A stretch of DNA of 47,550 nucleotides, the filler included, from Circinaria calcarea (taxonomy: Eukaryota), in assembly GCA_051942165.1 (NCBI GenBank). It is 2 parts of 2 records of this genome, joined end to end, with 100 filler letters (N's around TTAATTAATTAA, not from the genome) between each part and the next. Parts side by side here need not be neighbours in the genome. Positions count along the whole stretch, not along the records: positions 23,882 to 47,550 come from JAVECS010000117.1; 1 more part is not named here. One strand, written 5' to 3'. Both the position numbers and the translations under genes were made by a program. The notes beneath the pieces are model-generated. The model saw nothing but the letters and a program-made list of their open reading frames with translations. It ran no database searches and was not told the origin of the DNA. Below, piece after piece: positions 26,114 through 40,058 of the stretch (positions within the stretch are counted from its first letter, which is position 1; every line of letters begins with the position of its first letter).

Positions 26114-29100
26114 TTATCCAAATCTCAATCCGCTTCCCGTCTTCGTCATGCTCACCCCCAGGTATCCTCCCATCGGACTGCCAGCCCGGCTGCCGGCTCG
26201 GCTGTTTCCCGGCCGGGGACTCCTGGGTTGGACACTCCCCGACCTGGTCTGAACTCCGCGGCCCCTGTCCTTCTTCTTCAGGAGATCCTCCCTCTCCTCC
26301 AACAATGCCTCCAGCTCCGCTATCCGCTTGACGTGAGCCTCGTCTTCGTTCTTATTCGTGACCCCTTTAAGTCGGACCGCTTCTCCCGATGCCTTCTGGC
26401 GAAGCGTCTGAATCTCTCCTTCGAGCTCGGTGATACGGGTGGCAAATTCGGCAGCGGCGCCGGAAGCCAGCTGGTATTCGTGCCGGGTATATTCAAATTC
26501 TGCTTGAAGGGAAGCAACCTTTTTCTGCAGCAAGACATTCTGCTGAGCCGCCGCTCTACCCTCCTCCTTGGCCTTTTCCAAGGCGGCAAGGTCCGGGTTT
26601 GCACAAGCCACCAGTGCTTCTCTCGCTCCTCTGAGTTCGTTCTCTAACTGGGTGCGTTCTTCTCTTAGTTTGGCAATCTCGCTAGCTTGGTTCTCCCGCC
26701 TACGGTCGGCGAGCGCGGCAGCTGTAATGAGCTCCGTTTTTTCGTGCCGGAGTATGTGATATTCCGTGTTACGCTCTTCATAGCGGTATTGCAGGTCGCT
26801 AAGGGCGTCGACATGCTCTTGTAGACGTGATTCCAAATTCTCGATCGAAGCCTGCATTGATGTTTCCCGATTTGCACGAGAAGTCTTGAGACGGGCAAGC
26901 TTCGTTTGGGCCTCTTGCAAGGAATTGCGTAATTCAAGGACAGTCTGGGAAAGCTGTGGCGTCATCAGATATAAAAACTTCGATTGTCGAAGCTTGGTTT
27001 GAACTCACCGCTTGGGAATTGCAATTCACCGAGTCACTAACGTGACTGACCTCTGGGGCTGGTGTGGTTCTCTGTCGTTTGGGAGTTGCGGCATCATCAA
27101 GGTCCATGGCATCCTGGGAGAGACAGCTATCATCAGCAAATCTGGAAACCTAGAAAGGATGAGCTCTGCCTACCGACGACCTCTTTCGTATTCCCTGTGA
27201 AAGGATACTATCTTCTCTGGTAGTCTGCGAATCGGACTGAGTGGTAGAGGTTTGATCCTGAGACGCTTCTACAAGATCGTAGTTAATCTCAATGGGCCGA
27301 ATGCATGGCAATGTCCACTGATCTTTCAACCCTCCCGCTTCGACGAAAGCTGCCACCTCTTCTGCGGCTGCAGCAGGCTTTGCCTCCGTGGGCAAAAGCT
27401 CCCCCGCGACTTCCCTGGCTTGCGTTACGCAGTTCACCATGACTTTCAATCTTTCAACCCCGGTAATATGGTCCGGCATGCAGCGTTCGATATGCTCCGA
27501 AGATGCATAGACCAGAAGATGGGCGACAGGCGTAAGCTGCCCAATGTTGAGTTTCTGAGTTCGTAACGCCATAACCTGGGCATCGTTGGCACTGAAAGAG
27601 CAGTCGAATGCGAGCACGAGGCTTGTAGCCTTGATGGGCTCCACTAGCTCTTTCTCCCCTGAAACAAACAGGCTAATATGCAACCGACCCTTTGTATTCT
27701 TAGGATCAGATTCTATGAAGACGTTTGGTCTGCTGTAGGCCACGTTCTTCGCTTTCAGGAAGGTCTCAATTATGTCAAGAAGACGGTCGCCATGGGCTAC
27801 GATGGCAATATGCTTATCGTGGTACTGGAGCGTTGATATGAGATGTTCCAGGAATAGAAACTTAGCACTGCTGGCCGTAGCCCATTCCATTGCATGCTGG
27901 GGTGGTATGTCTTCTTGTGTTAAGGTAGTGTCGTTGTCTAGATCGATATGGACACTGACGTTATTCAGGCTGGTCAGGAAACCTTGCATTTCCCGAATCA
28001 GGCCTTCATCAATAACTTCCGCTTCGGCAAACCTCTGAATGCTCTTCCGATAATGACCGATCTGTTCTACGTACTGATCGCGCACACGTGCAACTGCAGG
28101 CAGGGGCACCACGAATTCGTTTGGTCCTAATCTTGGCGAGTCAAGAGCCTTGGATATACGTGACTGTGACATCTCCTTATGTAACGCTAGCTTGCTAGGT
28201 TGTAATGGAGCATAAGTATCTGTCGGTGGTGAGCGTAGAGGCAAGGGGATCTCTACCGTCTGTATCTCAAGACGAGCATCCCCCAGAGACTCTTGCGTGG
28301 CAGGTTGTGGTATCACGGAGGGAGATTTTGTACCTTGCGGTACAGGAGAAGCTTCAAGAGGCGCTCTACGAGCGGCTGATGTAGCTGCTGAAGCAGCTCG
28401 CATACTTCGTAGCTTCTCGCGAAAGGACATGGGTGCTGGAGCGGGCAGTATGCGTGATTGGGGACTGCTTAGAGCAGAGGCTATCGACATGTAAGGTTCA
28501 TCAGACATCTTGAGTTTCGATGATGTTAGCGGTCGAGGGGGTGGGTTCGACTCGAATGTCTCTGGTAATTGTGAGAGTGGAGGCGGAGGAATGGAGCTTG
28601 AGATGTCTTCGGCAATGAAGTCCTGCTGCTGCTGCTCAACCGGGCTTAAAGCTGCGTGCTGAGGAAGATTGTTTGCGTCGAATGCCTTTGGTATGTGTAA
28701 GGGCGCGGGTTGAGGAGCGGAGCTTGTATTGCGGTCGGGAATGAGGTCAGGCGACTCGATCGACAACAATGGTATTTCTTCCTTAGACTGCGCCGACTGC
28801 AAGATTCCTTCGGGTTGCGAGTTTGGATCGCTTTGGCCCAGTATCGAGTGTTCTGTGGTATTTGAGTTCTGACTATTTTCAATCTGTTCTTGCGGGGCCA
28901 CAAATTGGTTAGCTTCAAGCAATGACTCGTCAGCTACAGATTCTCCTTTCACGGATGGTTCTGAGATTGCTCTAGCTGTTCCTTCTTGCGTTATGTATGA
29001 TGAAATTTCGGAGGTCGATGCGACTGTCTTCTGAATAACCTGACCACTCTGCCAAACTTCGTCTAATCATGTAGACGCGTTAGTTTCAGCTCAAAGCTTC

Positions 29101-30629
29101 AACTCCAAAGAGTCTTGACCGGGGTATAATGAATTTATTAGGACGACCTACCTGCGACAGCCGATATCTCGAGCTCTTTCTGAGATTCCTGACTGTCTAG
29201 TACACAAGAATCTGTGCCCTGAAAGTATTTATCTCCAACGTCTAAATCCTGAGAATGATTAGATTGGTTTTGTGTCGGCTCGCAGGCAGCTGATTGCAAG
29301 ATGGCGTTATGTGACTCTAAACTGGGTATTATAGATCGGCCTTGTGTTAGAGGTACAAAAGCTGATGACTCAAGCAACAGTAATGGATCTCCTAAAGGTT
29401 GCGACTCTGGCAGGTAGCCGCTAGAACCCTTCCTGTCTCTGGGGGTGCTTTCAATCGACCTCACCGGTTCAGAGCAACTTCGAATAGGTCGTGGTGGTCT
29501 AGTAACTTCTGTATCCAAATTCGTTGAGCGTTGCCTACAATTCTGGAACGGTAGGAGTCGGGAAACGTGATTATTTGTCTCTACCGTCGCAGCCGTAGCA
29601 ACCGGTGGGTTTGAGGAATCTCGGATGGTATCGCTTGGTTCATTCGGAGGCTCAACGCTTGGGCTAGCCAGTAGATTTGTTGCACTATTACTATGAGCTC
29701 CTATGGTGGATTGCGTTGCACTAGGCCTGCTGTCGATCTTGCTTTGTGTGGCAATGTAGCTTGCAGAACCTTCCAATGACTGTGAATCAGGGACTATGCC
29801 AGAGTGATTGAAATCGACCCAGTCTAGTAGTGTAGATGCTGGGGACGGCTCGCCCACAACGGAGTCAATCTGCCCCGTTTGTGCACCCGAAGTAACAGAG
29901 GCACCTAAATTGGAACTATACTGAAGGAACTGCTGACGATCGAGGCTACTGTGAGGGGAAATCTGAACAGCGATCCCGGGGTCATCAACAATAGGGAGCA
30001 GAGGTAGTTGGCTGTCGGCAACTTCCGCCGCGGTTTGGGTATCTTCAATCCTGCGTGCTGGCGATGAGGATAAATCAACAACGGCGCGATGCCTTTGCCG
30101 CCTCGAACGATCAGATGGGCCTTCAGCCTTCTGGCTCTTCGCGGACGGAACTCGCTCTTTCTTGTTCTTTGGGTGCACGGCACTACCCTGCCTGACTCTG
30201 CTCTTCTTCTGTTCCCAGTGTGCGACAGCCTGAGCGTTTAGATGGTCCCTACGCTCCTATTAAGGGCGTTCATCAGCATCCCCCCCGGCTACGTATGGCG
30301 GAACGAAGACGTCAAAACTCATGAATCTACTTTGCTTGGTCGGAAAGGACACATGCAGAATGTAGAAAAGCCGGTCTACATACCCAAGTTGGCTCGAATG
30401 CCTCGCCGGTGTCTGGATCGTCCTCCCAGGCGATGAGATACTTGCCCGATTTCTCGTCGAGGATGTCCCGGATTTTCCAGAACTTGTCTGGTACTACGTC
30501 TGAATCAACACCGCTTTCGTCCGACTCTCGCTGCAAGTGGCGCGCACGTGTCGCCTTTTTCGTTTTCTTTGTACTTTTCTTGGGCGGGCTAGAATGTGGA
30601 GTATATCGGCGTTTTCGTAGAGAAGGCAT
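26114..30629 (-). CDS. Multi-exon chromodomain protein with HDA1-complex subunit 2/3-like domain and C-terminal coiled coil
   Basis: Exon 1 from ATG 30629 encodes WKIRDILDEKSGKYLIAWEDDPDTGEAFEPTW; intron 30383-30257; exon 2 continues NAQAVAHWEQKK. ORF 27150-28952 has SAKFLFLEHLI...IAIVAHGDRLLDIIETFL...LVLAFD (HDA2/3-like). ORF 26114-26965 is coiled coil. Later junctions are approximate. Confidence 0.75.
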
Positions 30630-31509
30630 TATATGCGTAGTACCTCTCCGCCGCGATGGACGTGATGTTGAAGAATGATCGCCATGTCCTATAAGAATAA
30701 CAACCACATACCATAAAAAGCTAAGTCTGGTTCACAAGCTGCACCGTGTCGCGCTCCTTCTCCAGCTCACAAAAAGGCAGAAGATGTCAGGTTCCGAGAG
30801 CGGGTGTTCCCTCTAAGCTCTAAGCGAAGACTCCATGTCTATTAGTTTAGAGACGTCTTATCTACTCCGTCCACTCAGGTTCCCTCTGATGAGTAAGACA
30901 AACACAGCATGACAAACCCGAAGTCTCGTCCTTGACCATATCCAGAGCGGGAGATATACAACTCGTACTGTCTTGAGCCTGAGAACCTCAAGCGAGTTCA
31001 AGAACACACCACACGTGAAATTGGAGGGCCCGGGATCCGAGACGAAGGTGATATGAAAGAGTGCATGTATCATCTATGAGCCAAAACTGGAGACGCCAGG
31101 TCTGATCGCGCGTTTGAATTACTATCTATTATAATACAAGAAGTGAACTCGATTAATTATCCAACATTCTCACCACTTTCCCCGTCCACATAGTTTCCGT
31201 GGTATAGCATACTAAAGCCAACACTAACACAGTATCTGGAAATGCCGAAGGTCGTCTCTGTGAGACCCATAAGTTTCCCCCGAGATTTGAAGCTGGGAAT
31301 GATATCGACCGTCGTCATACCGATCGTGATGCAGTCAAGGAGTTAGCCACCTTATCTAGAATGCTTGGCAGTCTCCACCAAAACGAAAGTCTTTGTAGAG
31401 CACTCAAGAAGATCCTAAAGGATGGTAATGGTCTAGAACATTCATGGCAGACATAGTGGGATAACGAGGCAGGAAGCCGTCCATGTCTCTGTATGCAAAG
31501 TCTAATCTA

Positions 31510-33030
31510 CTATTGAGGGTTGTCTTCAGCTCGTTCCCGCTCTCTCCTCCAAGCTTCGTAGTCAAACCCCAACTCCTCTATTGTCTTTATTTCCCTTCCC
31601 TCCTCTCCTTTCTCGGCAAAAGCCGCTTTAATAGCGTAGAGTCTCTCCCGGATCCAGAACTCCTTCGCGCCCCATCTACGTGGCATCTTGCCAACCTTCC
31701 GGTCCGTCTGTGCCGCCCAATCATAAAGCTCGTTGTGGTGTTTTAAGTCTTCCAGAGACTTCATGTTGTGAAACTTCTTGCCACTTCCTTTGGCGACGAT
31801 CCGCTCCTCTTCCCATGCAAGCATTGCCTGTTCAGAAGGAAGGGAAAGACGAGAAGACCATAACCGAGCAAGAACGGCCGACTGAGCTTCACCAAAGGGG
31901 AAAGGGAGGATGTTCCACGGTAGACCGAGGAAGGCGAGGGTCGGATGGGGAATATAGAACATATGTTTGTAAGTGTGTTGCACACGGAAGCCGTCGGTGA
32001 TGAGATCAGAACGGAGAGAAGGGAGGAAAGGGTAAGAATAAAGATAGCCAGTGCAAAAGAGAATGGCATCAATATTTTCTTCGACGGTACCATCTATGAA
32101 GCGAACCGCACGACGGTTGTTGGATCTGGGAGAAAGGAATTCGGCAATTTCTGAAACTTCGACCTTCGCAGAGGAGACGAGAAAGGGGATCAGAGGCCTT
32201 GACCTGATAGAAACAAGGACTGGGTGTAAGGATGTGGTTGCGATTTGGCTGGCTATGTCACTACCAGAGGAGGAGTTTCCGATGACGATAACCTTTTTCT
32301 CCCTGAAGGCTTCCGGGCTTCTGTATAACTTTGAGTGACTAATGACTCCTGGAAAGGCAGAATCCCATTCTTCGATACCGGGAATAGCCGGTATATATGG
32401 AACCGAATAGTGTCCATTGCAAATGGCTACAGCATCGTAAGAAGTTGAGGACGACTTCTTGGTTACAAGATCTTGGCTTTCAACTTGCCAAGAGCCTCGC
32501 CCTGTATCTGATGGTTTTAATTGAATATCTTGAACTTGGGTATGGAACTTGATTAGATGCTTTACATCTTCTGCATATTCTTCTAAATACTGAAGTATGA
32601 ATTCTCGCGATGGGAAGAGTGAAATATCCGGCGGAAGTGGCTTATCAGAGAAGCCTATTATTGACTTAGGTATATTAGATATGAGATGGTCATACATGGG
32701 CGTAACAAATATCAGCCTCTCATCGCCGTCATCCTTTTCGAGCGGCTTGTCAAGTGGCTGATTGGGGTTTGTTTGCGGTATAGAGATTTTGGTTACGGGT
32801 CTGGTAGGGAAATAGTTCCAAGCACCTCCTGCAGATGTTTGTTGCTCGTAGATATCGATCTTCTCAAAGCACTGTTCAGCAAGAAGAAACCTGCAACACA
32901 TTAGAGCTTCCAACTTCGGCGAGAGCCATCAATAATATCTAGAGCTCACACACTTTGCCGCAGTAACTCCAATCGGCCCTGCTCCTATAATAGCAATGCT
33001 CCTAATGCGTTGAGGGGGTAAAGATCCCAT
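31510..33030 (-). CDS. fmo1: Flavin-containing monooxygenase (FMO, thiol-specific monooxygenase-like), two exons (intron 32953-32891)
   Basis: Exon 1 IAIIGAGPIG (FAD GxGxxG); FMO signature FPGVISHSKLYR; NADPH site VIGNSSSG; DAILFCTGY. Confidence 0.92.
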
Positions 33031-33085
33031 GATCCAAGCCTACCGGCCAATGCTTTAGAAAGGATTTGACAATCCAGCGCAGTAG

Positions 33086-33346
33086 TCACGTGAGAAGTAA
33101 CACAAAGTGAATACACATTATACAGGTAATGTGGACAATGGAAGAGGACAAAACCAACGCAAGGTGAAGGTAGTAAACGTAGACGAAACTGTACAGTTAT
33201 AGTCGTTTAAGATCTTGGACTGCCTTGACACAATACATCAACTCACAAGGTACCATAAGGCTGAAGCACAAGTTGCCCGCCGACGGATCGGTACGGATCG
33301 GTACTACCATAGCCCTTTGAGCACACCCGAAAGAAAGTTCACGTGA
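33086..33346. promoter_or_regulatory. Two TCACGTGA E-box palindromes in the divergent FMO / OB-fold promoter region
   Basis: TCACGTGA at 33086-33093 and 33339-33346 (bHLH/Cbf1-type consensus); function not shown. Confidence 0.3.
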
Positions 33347-33702
33347 CTAGTAGCTCAGCTTTACGCATCCGGCGGTGATTCGTTAGTTGGGGAGTCGATG
33401 AATTCGAGCTCGCAACATTTGGGATACACCGACTGTTGAATTGCGCTCTCTTCGCCTTCTGGCCCATCTGCCACCGATATCAAGATATACACTAAAAACT
33501 CTGCTGCTTACCTGTAGGACTGCGATTGATCTAATTAGCCTCCTGACATTCACTTCTCATGCCCTCCTGCACCTAGCTTTTACATGAGTGACGGCAACTG
33601 TTGCCTCTCTTTGAGGGCCGCAGAAACACTCATCAGAACGATGGCGGGTGCAATCATCAAATCCTCCAAAGACTGTCAAAGTCCAAGAACCACTCGCTGA
33701 AG

Positions 33703-36700
33703 ATGACAAAGGGCTCCGTGATGGAGCTCCATGCAAGAACCCAACTGCCCATCGCTCAGCTGGAGCCTTCTATTAAAAGTAGCACCAGTCTGGTCAGAGG
33801 TATCGTTACACTTGTCTGGCCTTACTCCTCCTCAACGAACTCAACCAGTGTCCTTCTCGTTGAACCGGACTTTCGTTTGCGCCGGAAAAAGGGGCAGGTC
33901 CGTATCACCTTTCGAGCTTCAAGCGCTAAAGCTGTTGCGAGATCAAAGCTGAATAGCGGGGATGGGCTTGTATTGGGCTTAGAAGGCGTCGAATGGATAG
34001 AGGATGAGGAAGCTACAAAGACGCCTGGGCGAGGAGTGGATTGGGAACTACGCTTTGGCGAGCGTGTGATCCTCCAGGTTCGAGCGCAGATCTATAATAT
34101 TAAGATGGTATTGATAATAGGCCTAGTTGGAGCAAGAATCAAAGCAGCCCGTACTGTTAGACATTGATCATCCTAAAGCATCGCCCGAGCCACAAATCCT
34201 GTCACCTACCCCACCTGTCTCTCCTCTTTACAACGGACTTACACATAGTCCACAACTCGGCTCTCATAAAATCTCGGAGCCGCAAACCTGGTCCTCGCCT
34301 GCCTTTCTGAAGAGAAAACACCTAGCGCTAGAGCCGTTCCTCAATTCAGCATACGACCCGTTTCAAGACGAGGATGGATATATTGAGGGGCTAGAGAGGA
34401 AAAGAACTAAGTTTGGTCGTGGCAGCGGACAATGGAGATTTACAGATCGAACTCCTAGCCCAAAAAAGGACCTGGGGGTTCCTACACCGGATACTACAGA
34501 CCTTTCAACGTCAAACCAAAGAGCCCATGCGCTGGAACCTCGCGAAGCTTTTGCGATTGCGTCAAACGTTGGCTCAACTGGCTCACACAACGCCCTGGTT
34601 TTAACTAACACCGAGGGTCATTTACCATCATCTACCATTAATACAGATGAACCTCCCAGCCCAAGCGTCGCTGTCCAGAGTCAACGGAAAGAAAGATTAT
34701 CATCCAGTCGAGAACCCGAGGAACAAGAAACCATAGCAGAAAGCAATCGAAAGGTATCTCCAGATGCTGCTTTCGCAGAAGATTTATCGGTAGAAGAATA
34801 TCACGTTATCGGTCAAACTGAGCAGGTTCCGCTTGAGAGAGTAGAAGCATTGGAATACGAGAAAATATATGAGGCAACTGGGGCGTCCTCACCACATGCT
34901 AGCATCTCACTATACATCAATACGACTATTGCTACACCGGATATCTCTAATTCAGACAAGATTGAACATTTTGAAACCCCCGATCCACCTCGTCTGAGAC
35001 CCTTATTATCACCAGGACTACCTTTAGTGTCTCCTCTGATGGATCGCAAAGGCAAAGTATCTATACCGTTTGATGCTCATGGTGAACATGACTTGCTAGC
35101 GGAAACTAACGATTCCTTCGCAGTGGTTGGCTCCTCAGCAAGCTCACCTACGCCGAATGAAATTCTGCCTACTTCGAGCGACGAAAACGGAGGGAGGAGC
35201 ACAAATATTATTGAACCTACGATTAAAGTAGACCTGGAAACCTCAGTACAGCCAGAAGCAGGAAATGTAAACGGTCAACTACAAGTTATGGTGTCCGAGG
35301 CTTTCTCCACAAGTTATGAGGATGTGATGACTACGATCAAGCAAATCCTTCCAAAAACCGGAGGGGAGCAGATACCTGAACCAAGTGTGGAGAGTCCGCA
35401 GATGGGTGGTCCGTCGCACATTTCCGACCACGACTATGACAGCCAGAAAGAAGGTGGATTTGATGAAGTAGGGGTTTCCCATCAACAATACTTGACAAAA
35501 AATGTCCCTGACGTGGATGATCACTTGATGCGTCTTGAAGCTGCGGCGGAGCAGCTTGAATATGCAAATGTCCCGGATATGGAGCCCGAGCCAGGAACGG
35601 AAATAGACAGTTACTTTGATGGGAACACTAGCGCTGGTGAAGATGTTGAAATACCAGACGAGCCACAAGGTGTTCGAATGCCATTGGTGGATGCTTCCTT
35701 GGATGCTTCCTTGGATGATTCCTTGGATGATTTATTCGACGGATCCTCTATTGACTTCGCTAGTAATAGCTCCGATAGCAACTATAAGGGGCAAGGAGAC
35801 TCTAATAGGTCAGTCACCCGGCATTATGATAGGGAAATCGACTTTGTCTCAGATTTAGGTAGTGGGGATACGGAGGAAGAAAGTGAGGAGGATAGTGACG
35901 GGGAGGAAGAGCAGGAGTTGGAAGGTATAGACTCGGATCCAGCAATATCCAGTGAAGATGCCGATATAGAGGGGCTTGACATAGCGTATTCTCCACGGGT
36001 CCTTGAAATTGTCGCTTTGGACACCGACGAGGAAGATGTCGGTGGCATTTCCGAAAAACACAAGCTTGACGATCCCATGGTCGACTCTGCGCTACCTTCG
36101 GATATGATTAGACAACGAGTTGAGGTGTTATATCCACCGGCTGAAGTAGAGATAAAGTCACCGGTCAATGTCACTCCGACTGTTCAGGTAGCGGAGGTTA
36201 TTTCTGAAAATTCCTCTGTCCCGGAAGAGGTTGACCTTATACCTATACTTGAGGAAGATTCAGCTGGCTCCGAATATGGAGTACATGTTCCCTACGAGCA
36301 AGTACCGTTGGTGCTGCAAAGTAGCAAACAAGATGTTGAGGACGAAAGAACGGAGTCTCTCTCACCAATGGTAGGATCTGAAGCTGGGCAGACTCCATTG
36401 CTTGAAGACACAGAGGACCTTCAGCACTCAGTCCTAGATCCCAGACTACGGAATCAACTTGCTACACCTGACGCGACTCAGCAAGCTCAGGATTTCAGTC
36501 TAGCGTCTCAGGAGAGTATACACTCCATTCAACAGGATCGCACTCTGCCAACCCCACAGCACTCCCAAAACCTCCTCAGGGACCTCGCCACAGGGTCAGA
36601 GCCCGTAATTCCCGAGAGGCTCTCCTTGACAGAAAAGTTGAAAGAGTTGAGGACTTCGTCAGCTGGGAGAACAAGATCCGTCAATGACCTTGCCCCTAAA

Positions 36701-37594
36701 ATCATAAGCCCATTCTTTAATGCCAACCTACCCGAAAACAATGCTAATAGCGCCGATGAGAGCGATGACGATTCAATTGACCATGAAGATCAAGCTGGAG
36801 AACACCGTGTTGAAACTTCATCGCTTGAACCTATAGAACGGACAGCGGAAGAAGAGCAGTATTCTGTACAAATGGAAGGCGCTAGTACCTTGGTTATACC
36901 CCCTCCGACGGGTTTCCGGACTCCTCTCGCCTACTTCGCCTCCCTCTCATCCCTTTCGCAACATTTCAATACCATAATATCCATCCTTGCCATCAGTGTC
37001 ACCTCGAGTACTCCTCTTCGTTCCAAATCCGGCCCTCGTGACTTTCACCAGGCCATCTATCTTGCCGACCCTTCCAGTAACGTTCCCAACTGCACGTCCA
37101 ATTTCACCACCGCTCAGATCTTTCGTCCCTACAAAGACGCGCTGCCAATCATCCATACCGGGAGCTCGATCCTCCTCCGCAATTTCAAAGTCCAGACCCA
37201 GAAGGGAAGGTTTTCGCTCCTGAGTACCGATAGCAGCGCCTGGGTGGTTTTCTCCCAAGGGGAGGAACCGCAAATCAAGGGTCCGCCGGTAGAGTTGGGA
37301 CCGGAGGAACGGGGATTTGCCAAAGGGCTGGGGGAATGGTGGGAGAGCCTCGAAGAGAAGGTCAAGGGCCCGTTGCTGGCACGGGCAGAAGATGCGCGCA
37401 CGGAGACGGAGGTGAAGATGAGAAAGCCGGCAAAGGGGAAGAAAACCCCGGGAAAGGCGGCGCCGAGGAAGAGTTTCGTGGGTGGGATGCATGAGTTGCG
37501 GGATGGAACGCGGTGGACGGATGAGAGCGAGGAAAGTAAGAGTGGGTTGCATGAGCTAAGGGATGGGACGGTGTGGAGGGATATGGAGGAGTAA
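33703..37594 (+). CDS. POT1/Cdc13-type ssDNA-binding OB-fold protein with long disordered acidic middle; two exons (intron 34078-34126)
   Basis: N-terminal OB-like VRGIVTLVWPYSSS...LLVEPDFRLRRKKGQVRITF; C-terminal OB-like GFRTPLAYF...GPRDF...LADPS...QIFRPYKDALP...ILLRNFKV; GT-AG intron joins the two ORFs in frame. Start at 33703 or 33721. Confidence 0.75.
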
Positions 37595-40058
37595 GCTAAG
37601 CATAGGGGTGGTGATCTGTGGTGTTTTTCGGACGGGTAGACGGGGACATTACCGGGATGGGGCGGAGGGGCACTGTTTTTCGGTTGGGTGGTTTGGTTCG
37701 CCTTCCGGGATTGATGCCGGAGAAGGGGCTGTTTGGAAGGATTTGATGATGGCGGGATCTTTCTAGGTAGGCATCGGATAGGATATTACTATAGCTTAAT
37801 CATTTTCGGCTCTGTCATTGTACTCAAGTCCCAACTCGTTTTTCAATAAATAAACACCTTCGTATCTGCCGCTTCACTCGTATCGAGTGTCCCTACCTAT
37901 CTCTTGGTCCATTTGGTGGCTTGTCGTGGGGTCTCGAACATTCCTTTTCCTGGAGGCCACGGCTTTGATAATCATGAGGATAAGTTTAAAGGATTGGAAT
38001 GGAAAGTCGCGGTTTGGCGGTTTGCGGGACTTGTATAGTATGGTAGCTTGTGAACGGTTCTTTGCAAATTTCCCGTTACGATACGTCAGATTGCATTCCC
38101 GGTAGGATGGGTGTATGGGTGGATGGGAGGGAGAGACGGGGTTTTCCCCGTAGCAAAGGCTGGTGGTCCGCGGAATCGTAGAACCAATTCTGATGAACGG
38201 AGTGGTGCAGTCGGGGGCACGTTACCGAGAATTGTCTAGAATTTGTAGAATGAAAATCTAAACCCTCGTACTTTCGCATCGCGGGACTCCACTTTCAGGG
38301 ACAAATTTCTGTTTCTAGTTACGTGGGATCCTCTCCGCCATGAGAAGGGGGCCCCTGGGGGGGCGGGACCAATAACCTCGAAACAGCCCTGCGAAAAAAC
38401 ATGGACGAGACTAGAGGAGGTCAGAGCCCCGAAGTCCCATGCTCGCGGTCTATGATCGGGAGATGAGGTCATGGTAGAAGGTGGAAATGGAACGCTGGCC
38501 TTTCCCTTGAGGGGAAAGGGGAAAGTTGGGTTCATAATGGGAGGGGACTAGAGGGAGAAGTTAGTATGGCGATGATGAGTGGGAGTTGGTAAGAGATAGC
38601 GGAGTTTATATGTTAGGGATTGAGTGGAGGGATGACTGTAGTTGAGCGTCGCTGGAGTTGTTAATGATTGTCGATGGTTCCTGAGGAGAGGAAATGGAAA
38701 GTCATACGACTAGTATGCCTTTAAATCCGGTTTTCTTGCCCTAGATATCATGCGATTGACGTTCCCCGGCAAGGGTTCTTTGCCGGTGGATACGGCATTG
38801 GAGTTGGAATTCATTACATAACAGAGAGATCTATACAAGTCAAGCGTGTAGGATGCTTAGTGTGACAGATAGAAATCAAATGACGCAGTGGCGCTGTAAG
38901 ACTTCCTCTGCGACCATCGTACAGAAAGACAGTACTTGAGTGAATGGAGAGCTTCATGCCAGTCAATCAACAATCTATGATACATGTAAAAAACAGGCTG
39001 AGAATGCTACAGAATGGGGAACACAGTATATCCATTCCACATTGGTAACGCAGTACGACTACGACAAATAGGAAAGATTACCCTAGGTGTTCGTGAGTAA
39101 GACGTCCCACGGAAATATGATCGTTTTGGCTTCACTAGTCTAGATTATAAATGCTACCTGCAGGCAATCCTATGGTCCGATATCTAGGTACCCACGTTAG
39201 CAATGACTCAGAAGGACGGCGGTGTTTTGAGCCAAGGGAGAATGCATAAATCAGTCTTTGCCTTTCACCTCATGCTCAACCAGCGCCAAGCAAGAATGCA
39301 AGAGTGTATACGCGGCTGAGCTCATCGGTTTACCAGAGCTGAATTGTATCTTCATATGTTGCGTGGTTTGGCAATACGGAATCGGACGGTATAACCCACC
39401 TGATAGTGTAGACGCTCCTTCAAACCGTATCCTGATCTTCTCAGTGTTGATCATCCTTCTGCAAGAAGATCTAGATTTCAAAGTAACGAATGTCCCGATA
39501 TTCAGGTCGTCACCGCATCATGGGATGCCACAAGTAGGGCCCTCGTGATGACGGTTTTAGAAGCGGGTTTCACGCACTTTCGACCCACCCATCGGAGTCG
39601 ACAGCTGAGTGGATATGAAGGAGTCAAGCTGTCGATGATTTGAGTTGGTGGTCTGAAGAATAAAGGGAGAAAAATAGATGAGGTCGCTTGTCGTCGGACT
39701 GGTGTACAGAGTGGGATCCGGGTCCGCGCTTATTTAGACGCGCTAGGAGCGGTGTTTGTACCCCGTACTTTTGCAAATGTAGAATCAAAGACAAAAAGCT
39801 CCCTCGATTCCGCGATACAGAAATTACATATCCAAACCAATCCAACCGCCTTTTCACGTACCTTTCTCGATTTGCTCTTCTCTATCATATAGAACCAAAT
39901 CAACGTTCCTATCCGACCAGCTCCTAAAGAACAATTGCGCCAGTGCTTGACCCCCTTCCGCCTTCAATTCTCCGAGACCATTGGTTGGCTGGCACATGAG
40001 GCCTAACCATAGATTTTCCCACTCAAGATAGTCCAGAAAGACCGACTGCTCAGATCTC

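Noticed and set aside
37595..40058. Short ORFs in the fungal intergenic regions (also 24900-26100, 41250-42350, 46330-47200)
   Set aside because: No motifs, coding bias or convincing splice structure; no tRNA, rRNA or CRISPR array was recognised anywhere in the window.
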